DNA of 62,425 nucleotides, filler included, from Ionaspis alba (GCA_964255285.1; 9 parts of 9 records of this genome joined end to end with filler, not necessarily neighbours in it), one strand, 5' to 3'; shown: positions 37,302 to 50,365, counted from the whole stretch's first letter. Program-made: numbers and translations. The notes: a model not told the origin generated them from the letters alone.

Positions 37302-40016
37302 TTAGTACATGCTCCTGACACTATTCTGCAAAATCACCGGTCCAATACTCTTCCTCAACCTCACTCTCTCCCTCTCCCTGCGATCCTCCTCCCTCCTCAC
37401 CTTCCTCCTCTCGAACTTGTCCTGCAAGCCCGACAACCCCACAAACTGCACCTGATACCCCAATCTGGGCACAATCCCATTCTTCTTTTCCTTCTGGATG
37501 AAATGATAGCTATGAATACTATCATTACTCGACCTCCGACTTAACACCCTCTGCCGCTCTGTCTGCCCCCGCCGTTTGAGCCTCAAGGAGCCAAGCCGCT
37601 GTTTCAGCGATGCGGAGCGTGAAATCGTGCGCTTTTGAGGTAAGCCTAAGGAATTGTTGACCAGAAAGCCATCGTTGCCGAAATCGCTTTCGCTGTCCGA
37701 GAAGTCGTCCCAGAAGCCGCGGGGCCGCCAGAAGGGGGAGAGTTTGTTGTCCGGGTCTTTGTCAGAACTGCTGCGGCGGATGCTGACGGTGGTTCCTCTT
37801 TGCAAAGATTTTCTCAAAGGGGAGACGAAGGACTCTGAGTACCTCCTAGCTGACAATGCTCGTCGTACCATGGCGAAGCGAGTGCCGTTGATGCTGACAG
37901 AGCCGCCTTCTTCGAGCTGAGGTTCTTTGGTAGCTGTAGGCGTGAGATTTGCTGGTGTGGGCGGAATGACTTTGAAAGCGGGTGGTTGTGGTGGAGGACG
38001 GGGATTAATTAGGGGCGAGTCGAAGAGCTGAATTGGGAGATATTCCCTCGAAGCTTGCTCTGAAATGACGGGGATTGTGTTGGGTTCGTCGACAAAGACA
38101 GTCGATATCGTGGGCAGTTCCCCGGTCGGCCGTGCTGCTTGCTGGACGACTAAGACGGATCGGTTGTTGTGAGAGTAGATGTTGACTGCTGTAGCTTCAT
38201 TGACTTCCAAGGTGCCAGGTGTGGATGAATTCATGGATAGCATAGAGAATGGTGTTGTCAATGTAGATCTGTGTCGTGACCCGGTCCAGTCTTCCCCATG
38301 TGATCTTTCCCCACCTTCAACGGGCGTTTGCGGTCTAGCAGGTACTTCTAGGGTCGGGGGAGAGTCCTTCGGGAGAGTAGTTTGTTCGTTGTTGTGGGTG
38401 TGAAGACTAGCAGAAGTCAGAGAAGTGGTATGGGATCCGTTTCTGCTTGTTGGGGCAGGAAACGAAGGACTCCCCGCAGTGACTGCTGACGGTTGGTCCG
38501 GGGTAAGATCTTTTGGAGGTTTCGAGGGCGTGGCGAGAGCCTCGTGATGTAGAATCCTCCGTAAATTGAGGGGTGGATGATCAAAATATCCGCTGGAACC
38601 ATCAGGAGCGGTGCTGGGTCTTGTCGATTCACGATGAATCTTGGGCTGCGTAGGATCTCCGGAATGACGTTTTGGGTTCCGAGATGAGGATTTCAGAACC
38701 GATCGCTGGGGTGGAACCGGTGCTACGAGTACCTTGTGAAATTGAGGTACCACTGGATCCGATCCTGTGCTTGCAGCACTCTCAGACGTGAGACTGAATC
38801 GATTGCCTCTCTCTGACAGCTTGATGTTACGATGGACCAAGCGTGGCTTCGAATCGTTGGATATAAGTGAGTTTCGTTTCGACCCATTCGTCGGAGAACT
38901 GGCAGTTCGAAGGGACGAAGTCTTGCCGGTATGGCGCAACGTTTGCCGACGCTGAGGTGGGGCATCGAGAACCACGGCTTCCACGACCGTCGATGTGCCA
39001 GACATCTGGGAAAGTCGTCGTTCATCAACTTGACGAAGCTTGAAATCGATCTCATTCGTATCACTGTCAGCGGGCCAATCGATTTGTTGGGCGAAACGCT
39101 CCATAGATTCATTTGGTAGACTGTTTCGATTTCTTTCTTGATGTACACGTTGGCGTAGAGACAGTCCCCTACCGAACGGCACATGTGAATTGGAGATAGG
39201 AGGTGAAGGGCTCTCAGAGTTGAGGTGAGGAATCTGCTGGTGCTGCAGGGAGTTCTTGCTTTGATCCATATCTTTTGAGCTCTTAGATTCCGTGCGCATA
39301 TCTGGAAGCCGAGTCACATGTGCGTGGTCCTCGGTCCTTTGACTTTCAGTCACCTCCCGGTCCACACCACTTGATAGAGCATTTGGTGTTCGCGCTGTCG
39401 GTGTTCTATCACTGTCTTCTAAATCCCAAGCCAGACCAAGACCAGTTGCTTCTGACCTGTCCCACCGTGAAGCAAAATTCATGCGTGGGAGCACGGGCGA
39501 GTCCCCACGAAGATCTCCTTCATCGTCCGATGACAACTCTTCTCGTGCAGTTTTGAAGGATTCTGCGCGAGATGAAGATCGAGCCGAAAGCGGAGAAGGT
39601 GCGAGATGGGGTGGTCTGATGTGTCGTCGTGGAGGAGTGTCTTCTGGCGTTGGGGGACTATAGGGATTGACAGGTGTGCTGAGTTCCGAGCTGCGACGTG
39701 TGGGTATGATAGAGGCGGGGTTCGATGTATCGTCATTGAAGTGAACCTGGATCTCGACCTCTTGACCAGTAGGTGGAGGCGTCAAAGGAAGCCGAGGAAT
39801 AGGCTCAGTACGGCTTTGTGGAGACTCAGAAGCCCATGAAAAGTCCACACTCGCGACCTCTCCTTCAGTGAAGCGCTTGCGTATAGAGTCCTCATGAGGA
39901 TGGTCAGAATTATCCGAGAAGACCCGTCTTCGAGGCAACGCTTTGTGAGCTTTGAGGGATTTCGATTTTGGGAAAGCTGAGGTGTCTGTGCGACCCTCGA
40001 GCTCTCTGCCAGGCAT
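37302..40016 (-). CDS. Uncharacterised Ser/Pro-rich protein
   Basis: Single ~900-codon ORF with good ATG context (GCCATG at 40016). Low-complexity, with motif islands VNEATAVNIYSHNNRSVLVV, PLINPRPPPQPPAFKVIPPTP and LSPFWRPRGFWDDF. Confidence 0.75.
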   Translation of the reverse strand: MPGRELEGRTDTSAFPKSKSLKAHKALPRRRVFSDNSDHPHEDSIRKRFTEGEVASVDFSWASESPQSRTEPIPRLPLTPPPTGQEVEIQVHFNDDTSNPASIIPTRRSSELSTPVNPYSPPTPEDTPPRRHIRPPHLAPSPLSARSSSRAESFKTAREELSSDDEGDLRGDSPVLPRMNFASRWDRSEATGLGLAWDLEDSDRTPTARTPNALSSGVDREVTESQRTEDHAHVTRLPDMRTESKSSKDMDQSKNSLQHQQIPHLNSESPSPPISNSHVPFGRGLSLRQRVHQERNRNSLPNESMERFAQQIDWPADSDTNEIDFKLRQVDERRLSQMSGTSTVVEAVVLDAPPQRRQTLRHTGKTSSLRTASSPTNGSKRNSLISNDSKPRLVHRNIKLSERGNRFSLTSESAASTGSDPVVPQFHKVLVAPVPPQRSVLKSSSRNPKRHSGDPTQPKIHRESTRPSTAPDGSSGYFDHPPLNLRRILHHEALATPSKPPKDLTPDQPSAVTAGSPSFPAPTSRNGSHTTSLTSASLHTHNNEQTTLPKDSPPTLEVPARPQTPVEGGERSHGEDWTGSRHRSTLTTPFSMLSMNSSTPGTLEVNEATAVNIYSHNNRSVLVVQQAARPTGELPTISTVFVDEPNTIPVISEQASREYLPIQLFDSPLINPRPPPQPPAFKVIPPTPANLTPTATKEPQLEEGGSVSINGTRFAMVRRALSARRYSESFVSPLRKSLQRGTTVSIRRSSSDKDPDNKLSPFWRPRGFWDDFSDSESDFGNDGFLVNNSLGLPQKRTISRSASLKQRLGSLRLKRRGQTERQRVLSRRSSNDSIHSYHFIQKEKKNGIVPRLGYQVQFVGLSGLQDKFERRKVRREEDRRERERVRLRKSIGPVILQNSVRSMY

Positions 40017-41848
40017 GGCGGCAACAGTAAACTGAGATTCCAGCCCGAGGTATCGAGTCGCTGTAGATTTCGAGTGCGTGTGCTCGCCTCTTCGTAGGAC
40101 TAATTGGAACAATAGTGACAGCTCATATTGTTGTCGCAAAGTCCCGAGACAGAAGAAGAATGAATCGAGGTTATCAAAGGTATTGAGGAGGTTGGCTCAT
40201 GCAGGAAGCCTCGTGCGCATTGACGCCTACAAAGCTTCCAATAAGCGTGGTCGGAAACTTATCGGCCCGCTTTTGTGGTACCTCCCCGAGGTTGTTGTCT
40301 ATGTACTACTGACGGTGGAATGAACAGATGGTTGATTAGATAGGTAGTGAAGTGTTGATAGATGAGGGAATCGATTTCTCTTCCCCTCCTATGAGACTGA
40401 TTTGCGAAAGACAATGCACTAATCCCAAAGCCGCGTAGTTGCCGCGAAATCCTTGGGGCTCGGCGGCTTCCACGCGACCGCCTACATATGATTGGTCTCA
40501 CCAAGTTTGGGCAGATTACGGTCTTACCCAGCTGCAACCTTGCACATTATTACTACTGCTACATTGCGGTTTCTACCAGATCTTTAGGCCGCTCGTCGGT
40601 CATGGACAATATCATTTGTGAGAGCACAGGTTTGATTCTATGTACTGGAACGACATCGTTGTACACTTGTAATCAAACAAATAGATTTGACCATCAACAA
40701 TCCTGTACAGCTTCTGGTTGTTTTCGTGACAACGAACATGCTATATGGATACCTATACTTCAAACTCTTGGTGTCCATGCCTTGGCTTTCTTCGAATGCT
40801 GTCCCTGCTCGTAGACGACATTTCCTCTACTTTGTACGTTTCCTGGCTGCCATATAAGCGATCTGACGGCTGGCGATGAACGCTCTCCATGAGATGCACG
40901 CGGAGCTGACTAGGCTCATGTATCTGGTGTGATTGTGAAAGTCTACACCAACCGTTGTCCTATTTTCGTACCGTCTAGGGTTCGGCGACTGTCGAGTTGT
41001 CATGCCATTGACCGATCCTATCGAGCTGGAGTTCGCAATGGCCAATCTTCAAAAATGTTGTGCGCGAGGGATCAGGCTTGGATGTTCCTAAAAGGATTCG
41101 TCTCAGATTATCTCACTGGTAGACTATTTGTAAGATTTGAAACTGGACACAGGACCCAGGCAAGTCTTGGCAGTGTGGCCTCGAGGTAGAGGACATATCC
41201 GAAACCCCAAGAAACATTCAAAAAAAATATTCTCTTCTTTCCAGTCAATCATCATCAAAAAAATTCTATCAATCGTCGTATGTCGGAAATTGACCCGCGA
41301 TTGCTCTGGTGGTTTGGGTGATTGGAAATAGATCAAAGGAGCCATGGATTGGTTCGAAAAGGCAAGAACTGGCGAAGCGACGTCATAATGCTTGGCATGA
41401 TACTGCAGAAGGAGGAGAATAGGAACAAGTGACGTCCTCTTTGTCTGTTCTTGCCTGAAACGAAAATGATGCTATTGCAGGAAACGGTCAGTCTGAGGAG
41501 GATAGTAGAGGGAGTGTATATGCAGGTTGTGTAGTCTATCAAATTAGCGCTACATGAGGCTCTGGACTTATATATACCTTATTTGCAGGAGGAAACGTCA
41601 CTCGGTGGAAGGTACTGCAATGGTACCGAGCGAGAAAATGGGCGCAAAGCAATCTTGGTAATTCAACGTCACNNNNNNNNNNNNNNNNNNNNNNNNNNNN
41701 NNNNNNNNNNNNNNNNTTAATTAATTAANNNNNNNNNNNNNNNNNNNNNNNNNNNNNNNNNNNNNNNNNNNNTGAAGCAGCTCATGGAAATGTGCAAAGT
41801 CTGCGATGATTTCATGCTACCATGTCAATCCGCTATCCCCGACTTTCC

Positions 41849-44339
41849 CTATAACCCCAAATCCACAACCGGCAATTCAGCCATATGGACCTTCAGGCCC
41901 CCGTATGGCCTCAACAACACGTCCTCCACCTCCACCTTTCCATCCAAGCCCGTCAAGCACTTTCTCGCTCCTTTCAATGGCACCCGATCAGGCACCCCAT
42001 GACTTATCCCCCATTCAATTCTACAACCCTTGGCACTGATCCAACTAGGCGCAGCCGCATACTCCCATATTGGATTCGGTAGCTGATCACTAGAATACGA
42101 GGGACCAGGATGGAAGACCAGACTCGAGGGATCGATCGCGATATTCCATGGTTTCGTGTTAGTGATTTCGTAGTTGTGGGCTTCGGTCGGGAGATCCTGT
42201 ATCCGCTGATCAGAGCCGAGAGACGGGACGAAGTTTGCGGCAGGTGGAACAGGCTGGACGGGGTAACCGGCTCCCGTGGGGTGTGTCGAGAGATGGGACG
42301 TGGCATTGAGGACGAGCACGGATTGGCCGACATCAAGGGCATAGAGAAGAGCACCATGGTAGACGGCGATGGTGTCGTTGGCGCGCGGTTCAATTCTAAG
42401 GGCAGGGGCCAGCGTAAGGATTATTGTCGTTTGACCGGCAGCAAGGGGAAGAGATATCATGCCGGTATGCTGGTCGATTGGTGGTAGGGGTGTCATGGTG
42501 GAGTTGATAGAGAGAAATGTGCTCTCGGAGGTAGACCAAGATGGAACGCGAATGGAGAAGGTGAAGGCGCTCGTGGAGTGCACAGAATATTGCAGCGTGT
42601 TACTGAAGGGATAAGCTGTATCGCAAGTGGTGTTGACGAGAGCACCTGATGGAAGGGTCGTGAAAACAGAAGCAGGGCTGAGAAGGGCATGAGCCAAACC
42701 ATCGCGGCCAATTTGGACAAAAGCTGCAGAGAGGAACTTTGGAGTGCCCTGAGGGTGGTTCACTGTGCAACATGGGTAATTTGGAGCTGGAAATTGTGAG
42801 CATATATTCGTCTTCATTGATTGCTTAGTCTTACATAAACCATACGTCTGACCATAATCTCCGACGTTCCAGAAAAGTCCCTTCGAATCAACCCGACGAC
42901 TCCAAGGTTGGTTCGGCTGAGCAATGTATTGATGCGACCAATGATCGGGTGTCATCATCACAGGGAGAGCATTGAAGGCTACCAACTCGGAATGGTCTGC
43001 GAACTGTCTGTCGCCGGAGACTTGATATAGGTACGACAACGAGTACAACGTTTCGACAGCCGTGCAGAGCTCTGAACCTCGATTCGGTGCCATTCCAGCT
43101 TCTCTCTCGTCTCCGATAATCGTCCCCGAAGCAGCACCATGATAAGCAAAAGTCCAATTGACAGCTGTACGACTGCTGTCGAGTGAAGAGTGATCGTGAG
43201 TAAATCTGTAATTGACAGAGCCAGTTTTGAGTCCTTGGCCCACATTGACGGCATGCACGTATGGGAAAGCTTTGGAAGTAGTTTCAATGTCGATGGTGTC
43301 AAGATCATTGAAGAGATAACTTTCTGATGTATAATATTTCTCCCAGTCAAGCCCATGGGTCCGTAGCTGATCCATAGTCCGCAACAACAAGGGCTCATTG
43401 TTCTCGGGATAGGTCTCATATAGCCATTGCAGACAGATGATCATATCCGCATATCGAGCACGTCCCCACACTTCATCAACACTTTTTCCATCCTCTAGTA
43501 ATGTGCTCATAAGCTTGACGAATGCATGCATGGCTGGAACGATCTGGGGTGTCGTTGAGGAATCCGCCTGTACCATTTGCACTAGACCGAGCAAGAATGG
43601 AAAGCGAGCCCAGAGAGTGCGACTGTCGTAGCTCGTCTCTGGTCCTATCCATCCGTCTGTGGTCTGTCGGTCAAGAACGTACTCGGAGGCGTTTCGAACT
43701 TGAGATATCAATCGACTATCATCCAGGCCGTATGCTAGGGGGACAAGACCATTGAACCAATAGGGAAAGCCTTCATTGAGCGGCGAGTACTCGGAACTTC
43801 CTCCGAGCCAGGGGCTGTTTCGTACGATGTCATAGAAATCGTACTCGTGCCCAGCCATGCCACTTGTCATTAGCATCATCTGATCGCGAAGCCATCCTCG
43901 AGGTCTAATAGACCCCAGCGGCAAGGGCTTGAAGGCGAACGGAACCACTGAGAGATCTTCAGCAAGGCCATGTACAAACTAAGTCGAGAACGCACTTACG
44001 CGTGCTGTCTGCAAGCTGAGTTGTGACAGGTTTTACAACCCTCGGAGAAACGTCAGAGCTTCGATTCTCAAACGCTTCCTGTCTCCGTGAAGACCAAGGA
44101 CGAAAGATTTGCAACAGGAGGTCCTCATTCCCCAGAAATACGACAGAGCAAATGAGAAGCCAACAAGAGCCACATATTAGCGCTAGGATAGCAGATCTGA
44201 CATGACCTCTTGATACAGGTCGCCGGCGACACTGCACACCACTTGCAACGGGATACTGTGTCAAGACATCAGGTCTCTCGTCTTCTTTGGAAAACAAGGC
44301 TCCTGGTTCCGCATGCGAACTGCTCTGCAACACCTCCAT
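41849..44339 (-). CDS. GH127/GH146-like (DUF1680, beta-L-arabinofuranosidase-like) glycoside hydrolase with N-terminal membrane anchor
   Basis: PLPLGSIRPRGWL, EGFPYWFNG, HAVNVGQ, GTIIGDE, GSELCTAVE, PNYPCCTVN, LRPYG motifs. First exon with TM segment (SAILALICGSCWLLICSVVFL). Introns ~43999-43950 and 42834-42787. Confidence 0.78.
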
Positions 44340-44647
44340 CGGACGACTCCAGGAGTAGGAATGATATCGAACCTGTTGGGTTAGTTCGACATCGCTGGAG
44401 AGGAAGAGCCGTATTTGAAGTTCGAGGTCCGTTTTTAAGGTCGGAGAATCGTGATTGGCCGACAGATGATTAGCGCGGGTGACGTTCAGGGATCCTCGGC
44501 AATCATGCGACCCATCGGTGCTTGTGATTCATTCAACCGGCAGTCGAGCCAGTCTCCTCCTCGCAAGCCACCCCTTTCCTATACCGTGTCCTTCTGATAT
44601 GTTCGCGAATGCGGAGTAGTGTGACTGCAGGAAATCGAAACTCCTCA

Positions 44648-46535
44648 CTATATTTCTAACTTGTCCAGAGACCAGATCTCGATGTTTTTGACATATGATA
44701 GTGGCCGCCTCCGAACGATCTTGCGATACCTTACCGACTCCCCGTTATCGACAGCTTCGACCGGTTCCGTTTTGCAGATCTCGTAAATAAGCGACCCAAG
44801 ACCGATCCATCGCAAGGTATTCCACTCGTTCTTCCATGTTTCATTTCCGATCTTGTCCTCTTGGAATTCGTCGCCCTGGGCGCTTAGTTCTTCCGTTAAA
44901 GTATAATTGTCCGGACTGTCCAAGATTCGTATGGCGTATAGTTTCGGAAGAAATGGGATGAGAAGTCGTAACATGTTGAAATTGGCAATCTCGACACCAA
45001 GCCCTAGTTGCTCCAGATTTGGGCAGCTGCGTACCAGTCTTGCCAGATCTTCAGTATTTAACCTCCATTGCGGCCTCAGTAGTAGATGTTTGAGAGTTGC
45101 GCCGTGCACCTTGAAGATGTTGTCGAGATAGTCTCTTGCTAGACCTGTAGAGGTAGTGTCTGAGGGAGTTGACGGAGTACCTGGTGAGGCGTGTAAAGTG
45201 GTACTGGGTGACGAACTTTCTGTGCTAATAATGCTACTTGCACGGCGGCTTTGGTTACTTTCATGTCGAGGAGTGAACGGAACGTCTTTGAGCCTGCGAC
45301 CTGTGATGAGATAGTAGTACTGTAAAGGTGGGAATCTGGCCAGGATGTCGCAGTGAATTCTCGAAATCTTGTCTCCACGAAGCATTTTCAAACTGGTCGC
45401 TCTCATCAGCATTCAGCAGTCTCGATTTCATGGGAGTATCCTCACTTTGTCATATGTGGTCTCGGGGGCTTATATCTCCAGCTATGATCGACGAAAGCCA
45501 AATCCGCAGCATCGTCATTACCGCTCACACTCGAGATCATCGTGAACGATTCGATCTTGTCAGGGACCAAACATTGCTGGAACGTGGACTCGTTGAAAGC
45601 ATAGAGATTTTGAAATGCGATACTTTTCAGCGCCATTCTCTCTTGTGCAGCTATCACTCTTCCAAAATAAGTGTGGAGGTTGACACTGGGCTCCCGAGCT
45701 TCACGCATGCGAGGACTCCAATGCATCTTGAGGTGCTCCAAGTTCTTCGAACCTTGTAACAGAAGCGAGATGTTGTCCGGGTAGCACAGCGGGTCTATGT
45801 TCTTTATCGTGAGTGATCTCAAGCTGGGAAAGGGAGGCACAAGTAGACTGGGACGAGGTGCACGACCGGAAGGTGCCCTGACAGACAAGGAGGTTAGATT
45901 AGGTCTTTGAGCTAGTCCAAGCCAGACAGTAGGTAGCATCTTGGTATCGAGTTCCCACCTAGATTAAATTGGATTTCGTCAGGACTTGAAGAGGAGATAC
46001 TGGACGGGATCTCCGTACGTGAAGCTCTCTAAAGAGGGCATCCTGTCCAAGGCTGCACGAACCAACATGTTCAACATCATGCTTCCGTCCGGCACCCTTC
46101 CCACTTTTGCAAACTCCTCCATGCCGTAATCTTTCCATTTTCCCCAGACTTTGAAGTTCTTGACGTAGGCAGAGACGTTTCGTGTGACCAGTGCATTCAG
46201 TCCCATGGAAAAGGGACTGGCGCCTCCGATACCTTCCGGAACAACTCGTCCATCGACTTCTGAAAAGCGAACGTGATCGTAGGAGTGGAGAGAAACTGTT
46301 GAGTACAGCTGTGGTAGACACATGTAGTGAAGGATGCGGCAGGTTCGACAAGCACGCGCGAGATCTGCTGGCTCGTCGAGCTATATGCTTGGTTAGTTGC
46401 GTCGGGTTCGATAGCTTTCAGGCGGGATCGAGGTACATAAGATATGATCATGGCAATCAGATTTAAAGGTAGTGGTATGACGGATTCCGCATCCTCGCTC
46501 ACGTCCGTATCAGCCTCCGAAGGGCAAAAAGGCAT
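44648..46535 (-). CDS. F-box / LRR-like protein
   Basis: LPLNLIAMIISY-(intron)-LDEPADLARACRTCRILHYMCLPQLY F-box. Leucine-rich repeats (LRSLTIKNIDPLCYPD, LVRSCPNLEQLGL) across 4 exons. Confidence 0.75.
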
Positions 46536-47736
46536 CGTTAATAGTAATTCGAATCTTGTACGGATATGCGAAGAACAGAAGCAGGATGGCTAATACGTCC
46601 AGAACTCCAGAAAGCTGTATAGTACAACGAAAACAATCCGACCTCGAGCTGTCATGAACGTTTATAAGATGGTTTGAAGTAATTTGTGCATGGTATCTGC
46701 TATATGATAATGTTTTTTGCCCTTGCGATACGCGGCGGCTCGGGTTGACAGCGCCGACATGGGTAGTTCGGGGAAGATGGGGATGCAAGGCATTGAGAAC
46801 TGTTGGCATTGGCTTCGATGAAACGTTGGATCCTCCACGTTGTCCGGGAACTAGCCAGTCGACGATGGATTCTGGCGCCACCAAAGGAATGGAAACAACT
46901 TTAATTGTTCTCGTGGGATGTTTCTCCCAATCCAATCCGTGGGAGGCTCGGGGATCTCACCAGCTCCGCCTTCCTCATTTTCTATTTGGAGTTCTATCGG
47001 CCATACTTCAAATCATCACAGGGATTCTGTCATCGCGGCTGCAGATAACACTCGCCGTAATATCAGAACCTTTACATTTACCAAGCCATGCGCTACCCTT
47101 CCCCTAATATTCACAGATGAACAGCTAAGTCAATGGTGTAAGATGCGTACTACAGCGGTTGGCGGAATCACTGGACTTCTCAACCATGCCTGTATCTCTT
47201 TACCATGGACCAACGTCAGGACAGACGAATGTATCGTGGCATCATTATTCAGCTCTTTGCAACGACAGTCCCTGTTATCATGTCGTTGGAATGCACTGAC
47301 AAGGTAGTGACTGAACATTCTGGTGATTTTCTTGATGCGACCAAGTAGCGGGCTGTGGAAGTGGAGGTGGCGTGGGCCGCATCCACCCGGTGGCTGGGTC
47401 GAGGTTGTACCTGCAGAAGGAAAGGGGTACAACAGAATTTCCACTCCAGATTGCAAAGATAGACATGGGATAACAGAGGAGATGACATGTTTTAGCGACA
47501 TCAATCAGCATAAGACCGATGATAAGGGAAAGGATCATGGCCCCGCTCTATCGTACAGTTGAGCATCAGGATAACATATCAATGGGTGAGAAGACTTGTA
47601 TGATGTGTACAGTGCCGCACTCAGTATGTCATCGTATCCAAATACAATGACGATGCTTCCACGTGGACCACGAGATGCATTGGTCCCCGAAGCTCGACCT
47701 CCTGCACGTAATCTCCGACTATACACATACGTTTTC

Positions 47737-48558
47737 TCAAGCCCTTTGCTCCGCCTCCGCCTTCGCCGCCGGCTCAATCTGTTCCAGCAGTTCCGGTTCT
47801 ACCATCGCTACTTCCTCTACGAGCGGCACAGGTGGAGCAGGTGGCCAAGCAGCTGTATACCGACTCTTGCCCAATCCATCGTGGATCACCGCTTTCGGCC
47901 ACGTCTCTGCGAACTCTGCATCTAGAATATTTGCCCACCGTATCCTGACACCTTCCACGCTTCCCTGGAAAGACGTAGCCTCCGCGCTCAATTGGCTCCC
48001 CAGCCCCCGCTTTGCAAGTGGTCTTCCGTCGCTCCGTACTTTCCGCTTCGCCTTGGCTAGCTCTTCTTCGGTGGGTGCGCGTGCTTGTTGTAAGAGGACG
48101 GCTGCCATGTCGGCAACCGAGTTTGCTTTTTGGTTCATGAGGACTTTCCCCCTTTTCTTCTTTGGAAGTAATTGCCCTTTGTGGACGCCTTCCGTCTGTG
48201 TCACGCTCTCGAGGGGGTAAGACGTTTCGTGTAGTCGGCGATATTCTCGGAGTTTGCGGTAGGCAGACAGACCTTGCATGCTGGAAGGGAATTCGAGGAG
48301 GCAAAGAGGTTGCCAGAGGTCTTTGCGAAGTGCAGCAGGGATGGTATTCTTGCCCAGGAAGGGGAGTTGTTTGATGGAGACGTTATTCTATGAGATGCTC
48401 AGTTTCGATTGTGCTAAATGATGCCGATGATGTAGACGTACATTCATCGATCGCGACAGTGAGTACACCACTTGATTCGTACGTATATTAGAGTAGACAA
48501 AGATGTTGGTGCCATGCTTCATAGCCTGAGAGCTCATGGCTAGAGGATTCGTCGTCAT
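47737..48558 (-). CDS. MHR1: Mitochondrial ribosomal protein mL67 / Mhr1
   Basis: HGTNIFVYSNIRTNQVVYSL exon; GKNTIPAALRKDLW, GLSAYRKLREYRRLHE, LMNQKANSVADMAAVL, IRWANILDAEFAETWP. Frame stays open to the gap at 48597, so the true start may be upstream. Confidence 0.85.
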
Positions 48559-49009
48559 GCGTGCTGACAGGGAGGAAGTAGCAAGATAACGACTGGTNNN
48601 NNNNNNNNNNNNNNNNNNNNNNNNNNNNNNNNNNNNNNNNNTTAATTAATTAANNNNNNNNNNNNNNNNNNNNNNNNNNNNNNNNNNNNNNNNNNNNGCG
48701 TTCACGCAAATTTTACATATATCAACGACGTAAGGTCGAGTCACATGACCAGACAAGAGGCGGTGTCTTGGCACCCTATTTTCTGCCTGTATGACCGGCC
48801 CTTTTTAATATCAGGAACATTGATGCGAGTACAAGGTCGAATAATATGTGTCTTTTGCTCATTACAGATACTCCGAACACCCTGCAAAGTTTATCACAAG
48901 CTTTCTTCCCCTCCGGCTAAGTGCAACCAATCTACCTAGGAATATCTTCTAGCTCTACAGATCAACGCTCGAAATTTGATCCAGGCCATCTTTGGAGGGT
49001 GAGCGTGCT

Positions 49010-50365
49010 TTACTTCCAATGGCTGGGGAGCGGCGGACTCTTGAAAGACATGGCTGCCTTGGCGATTTCGTGATTCGAAAAATCTCGGTATACTTCAGGC
49101 GCAGCTTGGACATCGATCCTCCTGTCGAAGACGAAACTCGGCTTTGCTTTCCTGCTAATTTTGAGATCTGTGAGAGGAGCTTGAAAACGTCAGATCTCTG
49201 CATGACCACCAGCGAGGGAAAGACATTTGAGCCAGAACTCCCCAAGAGGGAAAACTACTCCACCCTTCTAAGACAAGTCATCTGGGGCGCCTTTCCGTCA
49301 ATTTCTTTAAGTTTCAGCCTGAACAATCAGCATCCCAAGGTAGAACTATCGGTGCAAGACTTACCTGGATCATTGGGTATGTAGACGCCGATCAACCCAA
49401 TGCCTCCTGAGTTTCTCGTGACACGAATGCAGTTATTGAGAACTTCTCCAGTATTATTCTTTCGTGCTCGATTGACACATTCGAAGCCGACGCAGTCACA
49501 ACTTCAGTCAACTCCCTTAGGCTCATACTCTTTGGATTTGCTCACAGGATCGCAAAGATCAAACTTGATTGGGACTGCGCCGATTGCTTTGGCTTTATCA
49601 AGTCGGAACTCACTATTATTCACGACATGGACAGCCGAAGAACCACGAATCCTGGCCCAGTAGGCGCAGAGAAGCTCAACAAGCCCCGAGCACTAATCAG
49701 ATTGCAGATATTAAAGCAGAGGTGTCCCTACATACCTGATCCGAAGACTGCCACAGTATCTCCTGGCTCGAGTCTGGCGCATTCAAGTACATACCAAGCC
49801 ATCGGCCAAATGTCAGATAAGAGAAGAAAATCCAACTCGTGGTCGGTACCGGCCGGAAGTAAAAGACACGTCGACGCGGCATACGGGACAGGAAGATACT
49901 GTGCTATACGTGACGTTTTCAGCGCAGGTGTCCAGCTTTACGAGTAATCTTCAACAGCAATTCCGTCGACGTACCTTGCCTGCCTGGAATTTGAGAGCCA
50001 ACGCTTCCAATTCCAAAAGCCGCACCCCCAATTGGCGGATCCACTGTAGTGCGAAGCGAAGCCATGGCGTGGGTACAGTTGTCGCAATGGCCGCACGAAA
50101 TAAAAGCCGTTATCACGACGCGATCACCTTGTTTCGGGTGCGTGACACCTGGCCCAACTTCTTCCACGATTCCGATAGTTTCGTGACCCGTGATAAGGGG
50201 CGGTTCAGCTCCCAACCGGCCATTATAAGTCTGGGTATCAGTTCCACAAATCGCTGCTGTTGTGACACGAACGATGGCGTCCAATGGGTTGGTGATTTTC
50301 TGCTTCGGGACATCTCGTACAACCACCTTTTTAACCTTTCCCACAAAGACCACGGCTTTCATCAT
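49010..50365 (-). pseudogene. Zn-dependent medium-chain dehydrogenase (glutathione-independent formaldehyde dehydrogenase-like) pseudogene
   Basis: MKAVV, AICGTD, GHE, GDRVV, CGHCDNC, LLLSDIWP, GDTVAVFG, GGIGLIGVY and AKPSFVF motifs in order. In-frame TGA stops at 49506-49504 (GVD*SCDCVG) and 49192-49190 (AEI*RFQ). Degenerate GxGxxG and apparently lost acceptor near 49688. Confidence 0.85.
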
